Source of the DNA: an uncultured delta proteobacterium
GTDB taxonomy: Bacteria; Myxococcota; Myxococcia; Myxococcales; Myxococcaceae
Length of the DNA stretch: 64,000 nt
Direction: 5' to 3'
Assembly (NCBI GenBank): GCA_963771175.1
Contig: CAVYSY010000027.1
Coordinates: 64,001 to 128,000 of the forward strand
Shown: positions 52,157-61,674 of the stretch, one piece after another
Layout of the letters: each line of letters opens with the position of its first letter
Numbering within the stretch: position 1 is the stretch's first letter
Translations under genes and position numbers: made by a program
The notes under the pieces: model-generated
Database searches by the model: none
What the model was told of the DNA's origin: nothing
What the model saw: the letters and a program-made list of their open reading frames with translations, nothing else

Positions 52157-53800
52157 ATGATTTCTCCCGTGTCCGGATTCGAGCTGGCCTTCAAGGCCCT
52201 TCCAGAGCCCGCCTACCTCCTCGACGAGGCGGGCCGGGTGGTGGCTTGCAGCGCGGCGGGAGCACAGGTGTTGGGGCGGGTGCCCGAGCAGCTCATCGGC
52301 CAGCGATGGGCCGGGTTGGCCCTCGGAGCCGAGGAAGGCGCCCTGCTGGACTCCGGGCTGGCGGTGGCACTGAGCACGGGCGCGCCCCACACGGTGGAGG
52401 CCACCTGGCCGAGCGCGACCGGTCCCCGGGCCCACAGCTTCACCTTCACCCCTCTCTCCGAGGGCCCGCCACGGATGCTGGTGACGGCCCGCCCGCTCAC
52501 CGAGGCGGAGACCGTCTACTCGCGAGCCCTCGCGCTGGAGCAGGCCTCCCGGGCCGAGGTGGAAGCGGCCGAGCGCCGCCAGTCCTTCCTCTATCAGGCG
52601 ATGACGACGCTCTTCGCCCACCCGCCGGACCCGCAGGGCATGTACACGCTGCTGGCGCACCTGGCGGTGCCGGACCTGGCGGACTGGTGCCTGGTGGACG
52701 CGGTGGAGCCGGGCCCGTGGGTGTCGCGCGTGGCGGTGGCCCACCTGGACCCGACCCAGGGCGAGCAGGCCCGCGCGCTGCCCAGGCGCTTCGAGCGGCG
52801 CGAGGCCCCAGTGGGCGTGCTGCGGGTGCTGCACACGGGCGAGCCGGAGTTGGTGCCGGCGGTGACGGACTCGCTCTTGCGCGCCGCCGCCAGCGAGCCC
52901 GAGCACCCGGCGCTGCTCAGCCGGCTGCAGGCGCGCTCGTACATGATCATCCCGCTGAGGGCGCGGGGGCACACGCTGGGAGCGGTGACGTTCGTCTCGA
53001 GTGCCTCGGGGCGGCGCTACGGCCCCAGCGACCTGGCACTGGCGGAGGACCTGTGCGTGCGGGCGAGCCTGGCCATCGACAACGCGCGGCTCTTCGGCGA
53101 GTCGCGGCGGGCCACGCGGGCGCGCGAGGACCTGCTGGCGGTGGTGTCGCATGACCTGAAGAACCCCTTGGGGGTGGTGCAGCTCTCGTCGGCGCTGCTG
53201 CTGCGGGGCGCGCAGGGCAAACCGGGCGGCGAGCAGGTGGAGAAGCAGGCGGGCCGCATCCAGGCGGCGGCGGAGCGGATGGGCCGGCTCATCTCGGACC
53301 TGCTGGACTGGGGACGAATCGAAGCGGGCGGGCTGCCGCTGGAGCCGTCGGTGCAGTGTGTGAAGTCGCTGGTGACGGAGGCGCTGGAGAGCGTGCGCCC
53401 GCTGGCGGAGGCGCGAGGGCTGCGGGTGACGGCGGAGCTGCCACCCGAGGACGTGCGGGTGAAGTGCGACCGGACGCGGGTGCTGCAGGTGCTGGGCAAC
53501 CTGCTGGGCAACGCGGTGAAGTTCACGCCGGACGGTGGGCAGCTCACGGTGGGCGCACGGGTGAACCAGGGCGAGGTTCAGCTCTGGGTGAGGGACACGG
53601 GCACGGGCATCCGGCCCGAGGCGCTGCCGCACGTCTTCGAGCGCTACTGGCAGGCGAAGGAAGCGGAGAGCCGGGGCACGGGCCTGGGGCTGTACATCGC
53701 GAAGGGGATTGTCGAGTCGCACGGGGGCCGCATCTGGGCGGAGAGCGAGCTCGGCCAGGGCAGCACCTTCACCTTCACGCTGTCGGTGGTGGCCATGGGC
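52157..53800 (+). CDS. PAS-GAF sensor histidine kinase (SocD-like position after cheB); true stop uncertain
   Basis: GAF LAVPDLADWC...LAIDNARL; H-box SHDLKNPL; NLLGNAVKFT, DTGTG, GTGLGL and GSTFTFTL. The ORF runs on to 54253 antisense to the next gene. Confidence 0.85.
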
Positions 53801-53809
53801 GCCTCGTGC

Positions 53810-54178
53810 CTACAGCCCGACGGGCTCGGGGTGAAGGGAGCGCACGAGGACGAAGGAGCCGGTGGGCCCGAGTGGAATGACGTATGTCTCGTGCTCCACC
53901 TCGACGAAGGAGCCGGTGGCGGCCTCGGGCTGGACCTCCAACCACCCCAGGGCCTCGGCCATGGAGGGGAAGGCGCGGACGGGGGAGGACGCGGGCGGGC
54001 GGGCCTCGAGCCAGTCGCGGAAGTCGTCGAGCTCCTCGCGGGAGTGGAGGAAGAGGAGGGCGCGGGCCGCGAGCGCGATGGCGGCGTACTCCTCCGACTC
54101 GGGCGCATGAGCGCGAGCCGCCGAGGAGAGCGCCCGCAGCGTCTGCTCCAGACCGGGATGGGAAGAGGACTCGTTCAT
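53810..54178 (-). CDS. Hypothetical protein
   Basis: 122-aa ORF with GC3 bias; EYAAIALAARALLFL...FPSMAEALGWL. Confidence 0.6.
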   Translation of the reverse strand: MNESSSHPGLEQTLRALSSAARAHAPESEEYAAIALAARALLFLHSREELDDFRDWLEARPPASSPVRAFPSMAEALGWLEVQPEAATGSFVEVEHETYVIPLGPTGSFVLVRSLHPEPVGL

Positions 54179-54458
54179 CCCGTATCAATGTGCTCGGGTG
54201 AGGAGTGGCGACAAGCCCCGGGCGACGGAAGCGCACGGTTCCCGAAAGTGTGAGCCGGGAAGCATTTCCCACCCGGCATCTTCCAGCCCTCGGGGGTAGC
54301 GGGGAGGCGCTCCTCGGGCACGTTCCGCTCCGGGCGGGAGCCCGACACTCCGGCGCGAGCGGAGCGGCCCCCTTGTCTCGAGGAACATGCCCTCCCAGGT
54401 TTGAAGCACCCCCACTCCTGCCCGCATGCCCCTTTCCGCCCGTCCAGGAGGAAGTGCC

Positions 54459-56243
54459 ATGGCCACGGGAACACAAGTCATCACCGCACCAGCGCCAGCC
54501 CCGACGCGCCCCCGGCGTCCGAAGGGCCGGCGGATGGTGAGCTGGTTCGATCCGCTCGTCCTCGCCCAGGCGGGCGTGCGCTCTCTCATCTCGACCACCA
54601 TTGGAGCGCAGGCGGATCGCCGGCTGCTCGACGCACTGGCGACCCCGAATGTGGAGCCCAGCGACTTCTCGGTCGACGCGGCGGGCCGGCCCCGGGAGGA
54701 GCTCTGGCTCGACTACGTGGCGGACCTGGGAGACGGCTGGGACTCCACGTACGCGGTGGCCACGGCCGTGTCGCGGCCCACGCTGACGCTGCGGGACGAG
54801 ACGGGGACGGACTACGAGACCCGCGGCGGCGAGCTGCTCGTCTTTGGCGGGGACGAGGTGTACCCCGAGGCGAGCGTGAAGGAGTACGAGGAGCGCACCT
54901 TCCGGCCCTGGGCCGCGGCGAGGAAGAACCAGAGGCCGCCGCCGCACGTGTTCGCCATCCCGGGCAACCACGACTGGTATGACGGGCTCGTCTCCTTCAT
55001 GCGCCTGTTCTGTCAGGGACGACGCCCCGCGGGCTGGGAACTGCACCAGCGGCGCAGCTACTTCGCCGTGAAGCTACCGCACGGCTGGTGGCTCATCGGC
55101 ACGGACATGCAGCTCGAGTCGGACCTCGACGAGCCGCAGGTCCGCTACTTCCAGGAGGTCGCGAAGCTGATGCGGGAGAATGACCGCATCATCCTGGGCC
55201 TCGCGGAGCCCGCATGGCTGATGGCGCAGGTGCGCCCGCCGGGAGACCGCGACTATCTGGAGAACAACCTCGACTTCCTCCAGGAGCGGGTGTTCGGGAG
55301 GAAGGTGAGCGTGTTCCTCACGGGGGACATCCACCACTACCGGCGGCACGCCGACGCGGAGGGGCGGCAGAAGATCATCGCGGGGGGAGGCGGCGCCTTC
55401 CTGCACCCGACGCACCTGCCGAAGAAGGAGAAAGCGCTGGCCGATGGCTTCACCGCGCGCGCGACGTACCCGAAGCCCGAGGAGTCGCGGCGGCTGAACT
55501 GGCGGAACCTCGGTTTCGTGGGACACACCCCGCGCTTCGGAATCTTCACGGGCATCCTCTACCTGCTGCTGGCCTGGATGCAGGTGGAGGACCTGCGCGA
55601 GGGCACCACGGTGACGTGGAAGCTGTCGCGCGTGCTGGACGCGGCGCTCATCAACCCGGGGGTGGTGCTGCTCTCGGTGCTGCTCGTGTTGGGATTGATT
55701 GGCTTCGCGGACGCTCGCTTCGGGAAGGGGCGCTGGGTGGCGGGAGTGCTGCATGGGTGCGCGCACCTGGCCGCATCGCTCTTCGTCTTCTGGAGCGCGT
55801 TCGCCATCACCGGCGCCCTGCTCCCGCTCGGGAGCGTCCCGCAGGAGCTGCTCGGGGCCGTGCTCGTCTTCCTCGGGGGCTTCCTGGTGGGGCCGACGCT
55901 CCTGGGCCTCTACCTGCTCATCTCGCTCAACGGCTTCGCCGCACACCCGAATGAGGCGTTCTCCGCGCTGGCCATCCCGGACTGGAAGAACTTCCTGCGG
56001 CTGCGGATCGACCGGGACGGAGAGCTGTGGATCTACCCCGTCGGCATCCGACGGGTGCCTCGGGCGTGGAAGCCCGGAGAGACGGCGCGTGAGCCCGAAT
56101 GGGTGCCCGACGACAAGGACGCCACACCTCCGATGCTCATCGAGCCACCCATCGTCATCGGAGCGGCGAGGCCCGTCGCCCCCCGAGTGGCGGGACGCGC
56201 CTCCCCGGAGTACGCGGGACCCGCTCCGTCAACGCTCGTCTGA
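54459..56243 (+). CDS. Calcineurin-like metallophosphoesterase with C-terminal TM helices
   Basis: ADLGD, GGDEVYP, PGNHDWYD and GDIHHY; about 4 hydrophobic helices near the C-terminus; AGGAGG RBS. Confidence 0.85.
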   Translation: MATGTQVITAPAPAPTRPRRPKGRRMVSWFDPLVLAQAGVRSLISTTIGAQADRRLLDALATPNVEPSDFSVDAAGRPREELWLDYVADLGDGWDSTYAVATAVSRPTLTLRDETGTDYETRGGELLVFGGDEVYPEASVKEYEERTFRPWAAARKNQRPPPHVFAIPGNHDWYDGLVSFMRLFCQGRRPAGWELHQRRSYFAVKLPHGWWLIGTDMQLESDLDEPQVRYFQEVAKLMRENDRIILGLAEPAWLMAQVRPPGDRDYLENNLDFLQERVFGRKVSVFLTGDIHHYRRHADAEGRQKIIAGGGGAFLHPTHLPKKEKALADGFTARATYPKPEESRRLNWRNLGFVGHTPRFGIFTGILYLLLAWMQVEDLREGTTVTWKLSRVLDAALINPGVVLLSVLLVLGLIGFADARFGKGRWVAGVLHGCAHLAASLFVFWSAFAITGALLPLGSVPQELLGAVLVFLGGFLVGPTLLGLYLLISLNGFAAHPNEAFSALAIPDWKNFLRLRIDRDGELWIYPVGIRRVPRAWKPGETAREPEWVPDDKDATPPMLIEPPIVIGAARPVAPRVAGRASPEYAGPAPSTLV

Positions 56244-56783
56244 CGGAAGGAGCCCGGCTCGGGCCGCCTTCTCCCTCGCATCCTCCACGACGTTCAGGAT
56301 GCGAGGGGACTCCGGGAAGACCCGCTCCGCCAACTCTCCGAGCTGCAGGGCCTTCTCCAGCGTGTCCTTCTTACGCTCCATGACCCAGAAGTCGATGAGC
56401 CCGGCCCATGAGTTCTCAAGGGCATGCAAGGCACTCGACACGCTCTCCTCGAAGAACTTCTCCGCCTGATCGGGTGAATCGAGGAAGACATCGGTGAAAT
56501 GGGCAAGCTCCAGCAGCGCCGGAGCACTCCGGCCCGAGGCTAGGACGGCCTGTTCGAGGAGCCACTGGATCTCCGCGAACGACTCCTCCGTACCCACCTC
56601 GGGCTCATCGGTCAGCCGCAACAGCCGCGCGAGTTCCAGCAGGTTGGGCGTGAACGCGGGGCAATCCCGGGCCAGCGTCCGAAGCTGCTGGAGCTGCTCC
56701 GGGCTCGCTTCAGTGGTCGAGCCAGCCGCCCGGGCCGCCGCTCGCATCCTGGCCATCATCTCTTCGAGACTGGGATGTGCCAT
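56229..56783 (-). CDS. Hypothetical helical (TPR-like) protein
   Basis: ATG at 56783 with GGAG RBS; CPAFTPNLLELARLL and ALLELAHF...AEKFFE. Confidence 0.6.
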   Translation of the reverse strand: MAHPSLEEMMARMRAAARAAGSTTEASPEQLQQLRTLARDCPAFTPNLLELARLLRLTDEPEVGTEESFAEIQWLLEQAVLASGRSAPALLELAHFTDVFLDSPDQAEKFFEESVSSALHALENSWAGLIDFWVMERKKDTLEKALQLGELAERVFPESPRILNVVEDAREKAARAGLLPSDER

Positions 56784-56861
56784 CGGCTCTCCAAGCCCTC
56801 CGAAGGAAATCCTTTCAGGGTGACGCGCAGCGTCCACACATCATCCGCCTCGTGGGTCTCG

Positions 56862-56932
56862 ACCTCCTGGCCGCGCGATGCGCAAACCTGTCCGACAGTC
56901 GGACAGGTTTCTCAAAAGCGCGCCCGGGGGTC
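56862..56932. repeat. REP-like palindromic module C (single)
   Basis: AAACCTGTCCGACAGTCGGACAGGTTT at 56884-56910, identical to 9409-9435, with related flanks CCTCCTGGCCGCGC...GCGCGCCCGG. Confidence 0.88.
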
Positions 56933-57048
56933 TCCCGCCGTCTTCCGTCGCCCCTCTCCCAGAGGTAAGCGGGGACGCACCCGGAGCGAAAACCCGTGGA
57001 CTCCCGGGTTTCGAGAGCCCCGGCCGGCCGGCTATGGTGTGGCCTGCC

Positions 57049-57726
57049 ATGCGTCCCCTTCTGTTGGTCCTCCTCGTGCTCGCCGTGGCTCCGCCCGTGC
57101 GTGCCCAAGTGCACGGCGGCGACTCCCCGCCCGCCGCCTCGCCGACGCGCGCCTTGCCCGGCTCGGAGCTGCACGTCGACCTCGGCGCCCTCTCCGGCGG
57201 CTTCACGCACGGTGGGGGCTCATGGATGGACCCCTTCGCCGCCCAGGCGGCCTCGGGTCACCTCCTCCTCGGCGGCCTCACCCTCGATGGCGGGCTCCTC
57301 TCCCTCCTGCCGCTCCAGCGCGGCGCCGCCGGTGCCAGCCTCACCCTCACCGCCCGCGTCGGCTACACCGGCGAGCGCTGGAGCCTCGTCGGCGGCCCCG
57401 TGCTCGGCATCGCGTACTCCGCGCGGCCCGTCCTCCAGGTGCTGCCCTCGCTGAAGGCCCTCTACCGCGTGGGCCCCGTGGACCTGCACGCCGGCCTGCT
57501 CGACCTGCACGGCCTCGTCCCCGCCCACCTCGGCGCCTCGTGGCGCGGCGTGGGCCTCGCCTACGTGCTGCCCCTCGGCGCCCGCGCTTGGGTCAGCCTC
57601 CCCCTCTCCTCCGCCCTGAGCCTCCGCGTCGAGGGCTTCGCCTTCCGCCTCGGCACCGCCCAGTCCGCGATGCTCACCGTGGGCATCTCCGCCCGCCCGT
57701 CCTCCCTCGCTGGAGCCCAGCCATGA
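57049..57726 (+). CDS. Secreted, possibly outer-membrane beta-barrel, hypothetical protein
   Basis: Signal peptide ending VRA; alternating hydrophobic beta-strand pattern; stop overlaps the GH1 start (ATGA). Confidence 0.6.
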   Translation: MRPLLLVLLVLAVAPPVRAQVHGGDSPPAASPTRALPGSELHVDLGALSGGFTHGGGSWMDPFAAQAASGHLLLGGLTLDGGLLSLLPLQRGAAGASLTLTARVGYTGERWSLVGGPVLGIAYSARPVLQVLPSLKALYRVGPVDLHAGLLDLHGLVPAHLGASWRGVGLAYVLPLGARAWVSLPLSSALSLRVEGFAFRLGTAQSAMLTVGISARPSSLAGAQP

Positions 57727-59132
57727 GCCGCCCTCGTCCTCGGCCTCGGCCTCGCCCTCCTCGCCGGATGCGGCGAGCAACGCCCCTCCTTCGAGCCGGA
57801 GAAGGTGAGCGCCGCCCCATCGGCAAGGGACTGCCCCACGGCTTCCTCCTGGGCACCTCCACCGCCAGCCATCAAATCGAGGGCGGCAACGAGAACGACT
57901 GGGCCGGGTGGGAGCGCGCCAGCTTCCCGGACGGCACGCCCCACATCCACGACCGGAGCGTGTCCGGCCCGGCCACGGACTCGTGGAACCGCTTCGACGA
58001 GGACGTGAAGCTGATGAAGCGCCTGGGCTCCAACGCCTACCGCTTCAGCGTGGAGTGGAGCCGGCTGGAGCCCACCCCCGGCGCGTGGAACACCGAGGCC
58101 GCGGCGCGCTACCGCCAGTGGGCCCAGGCCCTGCGCGCACAGGGGATTGAACCCGTGGTGACGCTCTACCACTTCACCCTCCCCACCTGGGTGGCCGAGT
58201 CCGGCGGCTGGGAGAACCCCGCCACCCTGGACGCCTTCGAGCGCTTCTCGGGCCAGGTGGCCGAGCTGCTCGGGGGCGAGGTGGACTGGTGGTGCACCAT
58301 CAACGAGCCCAACGTGCTCGCGGTGTTCGGCTACATGGACGGCCTCTGGCCGCCGGGCAAGAAGGACACCAAGGCCATGGCCACCGTGCTGGCCAACCTC
58401 CTCGAGGCCCACGCCCGCGCCGCGCGCCAGTTGCGCACCCATGACCTGATGGACGCGGATGGGGACGGCAAGGCCACCCTCGTGGGGCTCGCCCACCATG
58501 TGCGCGTCTTCCAGCCCGCCAGCGGCTCCACCACCGACATCGCCGTGGCCGGCCTCACCGACGAGTTCTTCAACGAGAGCGTCCCCAACGCCCTGGCCAC
58601 CGGCCGCATCTCGCTCTCCGTGCCCGGCTCGGTGTCCCTGCGGCGCGAGGTGCCCGACCTGAAGGGCTCCATCGACTACTTCGGCCTCAACTACTACACG
58701 CGCGACCACGTCCGGCAGGACGCCTCCCCGTCCTTCTCCCACAAGTACGTACCCGCGGAGTACGACACCAACGACCTGGGCTGGGAGCTCTACCCCGAGG
58801 GCCTCTACCTCTTCCTCAAGCGCTACGCGGCCTTCGGCCTGCCGCTCGTCGTCACGGAGAACGGCATGGATGACCGGAGCGGCGAGCGCCGTCCCTACTA
58901 CCTGCGCAGCCACCTGTACGCGGTGGAGCAGGCGGTGGCGGCGGGCGCGGACGTGCGCGGCTACTTCCACTGGAGCCTGCTCGACAACTTCGAGTGGGCC
59001 GAGGGCTACGAGCCCCGCTTCGGCCTCTTCCGGGTGGACCGGAGCAGCCCGGAGCTGGTGCGGCAGGAGACACCGGCGGTGGAAACCTTCCGCGAGGCCG
59101 CGCGCAACCTGGGGCTGACGCCCACTCCCTGA
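57723..59132 (+). CDS. Glycoside hydrolase family 1 (beta-glucosidase), probably a lipoprotein
   Basis: GTSTASHQIEG, YRFSVEWSR, TLYHF, TINEP (acid/base), VTENG (nucleophile) and WSLLDNFEWAEG. Confidence 0.93.
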   Translation: MSRPRPRPRPRPPRRMRRATPLLRAGEGERRPIGKGLPHGFLLGTSTASHQIEGGNENDWAGWERASFPDGTPHIHDRSVSGPATDSWNRFDEDVKLMKRLGSNAYRFSVEWSRLEPTPGAWNTEAAARYRQWAQALRAQGIEPVVTLYHFTLPTWVAESGGWENPATLDAFERFSGQVAELLGGEVDWWCTINEPNVLAVFGYMDGLWPPGKKDTKAMATVLANLLEAHARAARQLRTHDLMDADGDGKATLVGLAHHVRVFQPASGSTTDIAVAGLTDEFFNESVPNALATGRISLSVPGSVSLRREVPDLKGSIDYFGLNYYTRDHVRQDASPSFSHKYVPAEYDTNDLGWELYPEGLYLFLKRYAAFGLPLVVTENGMDDRSGERRPYYLRSHLYAVEQAVAAGADVRGYFHWSLLDNFEWAEGYEPRFGLFRVDRSSPELVRQETPAVETFREAARNLGLTPTP

Positions 59133-59183
59133 TGGACGAGGGAGCGAAATTCCCAGAAAGTAAAGGCACAGAGGAGCGACACC

Positions 59184-59675
59184 ATGGGTGTGATCCAGTT
59201 CATCGATACGTTCCGCGAGCTCCACGCCAAATCGAAACAGGGGCGCATGGACGAATCCGAGCGACCGGCCTACCTGGCGGCGCGAGAGCAGTTCGCGCGG
59301 GCACTGCTCAATGCGCAGGGCCTGATGCTCGACGGCGCCGAGGCGCGCAAGCACTACCGGGTGGCCCACCAGCTCCAGGTGGAGCTGCAGATGGCCTATG
59401 GCAACGTGTGGACCAACACGATGGACATCTCGGCGGGAGGCTTCTCGGTGATGCTGCCGCACGCGGTGGACCCGAGGGAGCGGCCCAGCGCGCTGCTGCA
59501 GCTTCCGGATGGCACGGCGCTGGCGGGCCGGGTGCGGGTGGTGTCGCAGTTCCAGCGGGCCGACAAGCACCGCGCCTCGTTCGCCTTCCTGGACCTCACC
59601 GAGCGCGAGTCCGAGATGCTGGAGGGTTTCCTCATCGACTTCGCGCTCGAGCGCGTGGGCATCACCCCTCCGTGA
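59184..59675 (+). CDS. PilZ domain protein
   Basis: RKHYR (RxxxR) and DISAGG (DxSxxG); GAGGAG RBS. Confidence 0.85.
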   Translation: MGVIQFIDTFRELHAKSKQGRMDESERPAYLAAREQFARALLNAQGLMLDGAEARKHYRVAHQLQVELQMAYGNVWTNTMDISAGGFSVMLPHAVDPRERPSALLQLPDGTALAGRVRVVSQFQRADKHRASFAFLDLTERESEMLEGFLIDFALERVGITPP

Positions 59676-59756
59676 GGAGCGGAGTCCCCGGCTGTCCGTG
59701 GACAGCGCCGGGGAGCAAGACCCCCTGACTTGGGGCAGCACAGGTAGGAGGTCGTG

Positions 59757-60242
59757 ATGAGCACCAATCTCTGGGTGGAACAATTCCGGGCGCTGCACGC
59801 GCGGGCGCGCAAGGGGCAGTTGCCGGAAAGCGAGAAGAGGCACTACCTGGCCGCCCGGGAGCAGTTCGCGCGGGCGCTGACGGCGGCGCAGGGAATGAGC
59901 CTCCCCCCGGGCCAGTCCGCCCGGCGCAACTTCCGGGTCGCCCAGGGGCTGCAGGTGGACCTGAGCCTGCCGAGCGAGCAGCTCCGCTCCATCACGCTGG
60001 ACGTGTCGGTGGGTGGCTTCTCGGTGATGATGCACAAGCCGCCGCCGGAGACGGAGCTGCACGGCTTCTCGCTGCGGCTGCCGGGCAGCACGGAGCCGCT
60101 GGTGGGCCGCGCGAAGGTGGTCTCGGTGCAGCGCAAGATTGGCACCCACCGCGTCTCCTTCGCCATCCAGGGCCTCGCCGAGAAGGACGCGGAGCGGCTG
60201 GAGATGGTCCTGTTCGACCTGGCGCTGGAGCGCATCAAGTAG
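59757..60242 (+). CDS. PilZ domain protein (tandem paralog of 59184-59675)
   Basis: RRNFR and DVSVGG motifs; shares FR.LHA....G...ESE...YLAAREQFARAL..AQG with the upstream gene. Confidence 0.85.
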   Translation: MSTNLWVEQFRALHARARKGQLPESEKRHYLAAREQFARALTAAQGMSLPPGQSARRNFRVAQGLQVDLSLPSEQLRSITLDVSVGGFSVMMHKPPPETELHGFSLRLPGSTEPLVGRAKVVSVQRKIGTHRVSFAIQGLAEKDAERLEMVLFDLALERIK

Positions 60243-60265
60243 GGCCCTCGGGCCCGTGCGCGTCC

Positions 60266-61150
60266 CTAGGACTTCGCGCGGTAGATGTTGGGGGCCACGC
60301 AGCGGGCGGGCTCGGCGCTACCGGTGAGGCTCTCCGCGTGCCCGAGGAAGAGGTAGCCCGTGGGAGGCAGCCGCCGCAGCAGGGCGCTCAGCGCCTGGGC
60401 CCGCGCCTCGGCCCCGAAGTAGATGAGGACGTTGCGGCAGAAGACGAGCTCGAACGGCCCCGCCGGCCAGCCACGCTCGTCGCTCAGGTTGACGCGCGCG
60501 AAGCGCAGCACCTCCCGCAGCTCCGGCCCCGCCTGCATCCACCCCTCCTGGCTGCGCACCCCCTTCAGCATGAAGGTCCGCAGCATCGGCCGGGGGATGC
60601 TCGCCGCCTTCTCCAGGGGCCACAGGCCCTGCCTCGCCCGCTCCAGCGCCCACGTGGACAGGTCCGTCGCCAACACCTCCAGCTCCCACCCCGAGCCCGG
60701 GGGGAAGTGCGAGAGCAGCTCCATCGCCAGCGAGTAGGGCTCCTCCCCCGTCGAGCACCCCGCGCTCCACACCCGCACGCGCCGCGCCATGAGCCCCTGG
60801 GCCGCCCGCAGCGTCCACTCGGGGAAGACGCGCTGGCGCAGGAACTCGAAGTGCTCCGGCTCGCGGAAGAAGTGCGTCTCGTTGGTGCAGAGGCAGTCCA
60901 GCATCCGCACCCGCTCCGCCTCGTTGCCGCGCGCGATGACGAACCGGTAGTAGGCGCCGAAGGACGGCAGCCCGAGCGCGCGCACCCGCCGCGACAGCCG
61001 CCCCACCAGCAGCGCCTGCTTCGTGGGACCCAGGTGGATGCCCGCCTCGCGCTCCACCAGCATCTGGAAGAGGGAGAACTCCCGCTCGGACAACGGGAGC
61101 GGGCCGACACCGGACACCGCCGTCTCCACCGGGGAAGCACCCGCCCTCAT
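60266..61150 (-). CDS. cheR: CheR methyltransferase
   Basis: TNETHFFRE, WSAGCSTGEEPYS, FCRNVLIYF and LGHAES. Confidence 0.93.
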   Translation of the reverse strand: MRAGASPVETAVSGVGPLPLSEREFSLFQMLVEREAGIHLGPTKQALLVGRLSRRVRALGLPSFGAYYRFVIARGNEAERVRMLDCLCTNETHFFREPEHFEFLRQRVFPEWTLRAAQGLMARRVRVWSAGCSTGEEPYSLAMELLSHFPPGSGWELEVLATDLSTWALERARQGLWPLEKAASIPRPMLRTFMLKGVRSQEGWMQAGPELREVLRFARVNLSDERGWPAGPFELVFCRNVLIYFGAEARAQALSALLRRLPPTGYLFLGHAESLTGSAEPARCVAPNIYRAKS

Positions 61151-61659
61151 GCGCTCCCGCCGGTCGCGCCGCCCACCAGGCCGAGCAGCTCATCGGCCGA
61201 CAGCACCCGGTCCAGGTCGAGCAGGAGGATGAAGCGCTGCTCCTGCCGACCCATGCCTCGCAGGTAGTCCACCGGGGTGTGCGTGCCGAAGGAGGGCGGC
61301 GGCTCGATGTCGTCCGGCCCGAGGTCGAGCACCTCGCTCACGGAGTCGGCCAGCAACCCCAGCGCCGTGCGCTCGCCATCCATCAGCGCCTCGACGATGA
61401 CGAAGCACGTCCAGCGGGTGATGGGGCGCGGGCCGAGCCCCATCTTCACCGCGAGGTCCACCACCGGCACCACGCGGCCCCGCAGGTTGATGACGCCCAG
61501 CACCGAGGGAGGCATGCCGGGCACGCGGGTGATGGGGACGTGCTCGATGATTTCACGGATGCGCAGCAGCTCGATGGCGTACATCTCACCGGCCAGCGAG
61601 AAGCCCAGATACTGCGCTGGACGGGCGACCTCGGAGGCCGTGCTCGTGTTCGTGTTCAT
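61147..61659 (-). CDS. cheW: CheW
   Basis: QYLGFSL, REII, TRVP..P..VLGVINLRGRVVPVVD and VDYLRG. Confidence 0.93.
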   Translation of the reverse strand: MNTNTSTASEVARPAQYLGFSLAGEMYAIELLRIREIIEHVPITRVPGMPPSVLGVINLRGRVVPVVDLAVKMGLGPRPITRWTCFVIVEALMDGERTALGLLADSVSEVLDLGPDDIEPPPSFGTHTPVDYLRGMGRQEQRFILLLDLDRVLSADELLGLVGGATGGSA

Positions 61660-61674
61660 GGGTTGCTCTCCGTC

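Noticed and set aside
53800..54253. C-terminal extension of the PAS-GAF kinase
   Set aside because: It lies antisense to a plausible 122-aa gene and has no domain character; probably read-through from a lost stop or an indel.
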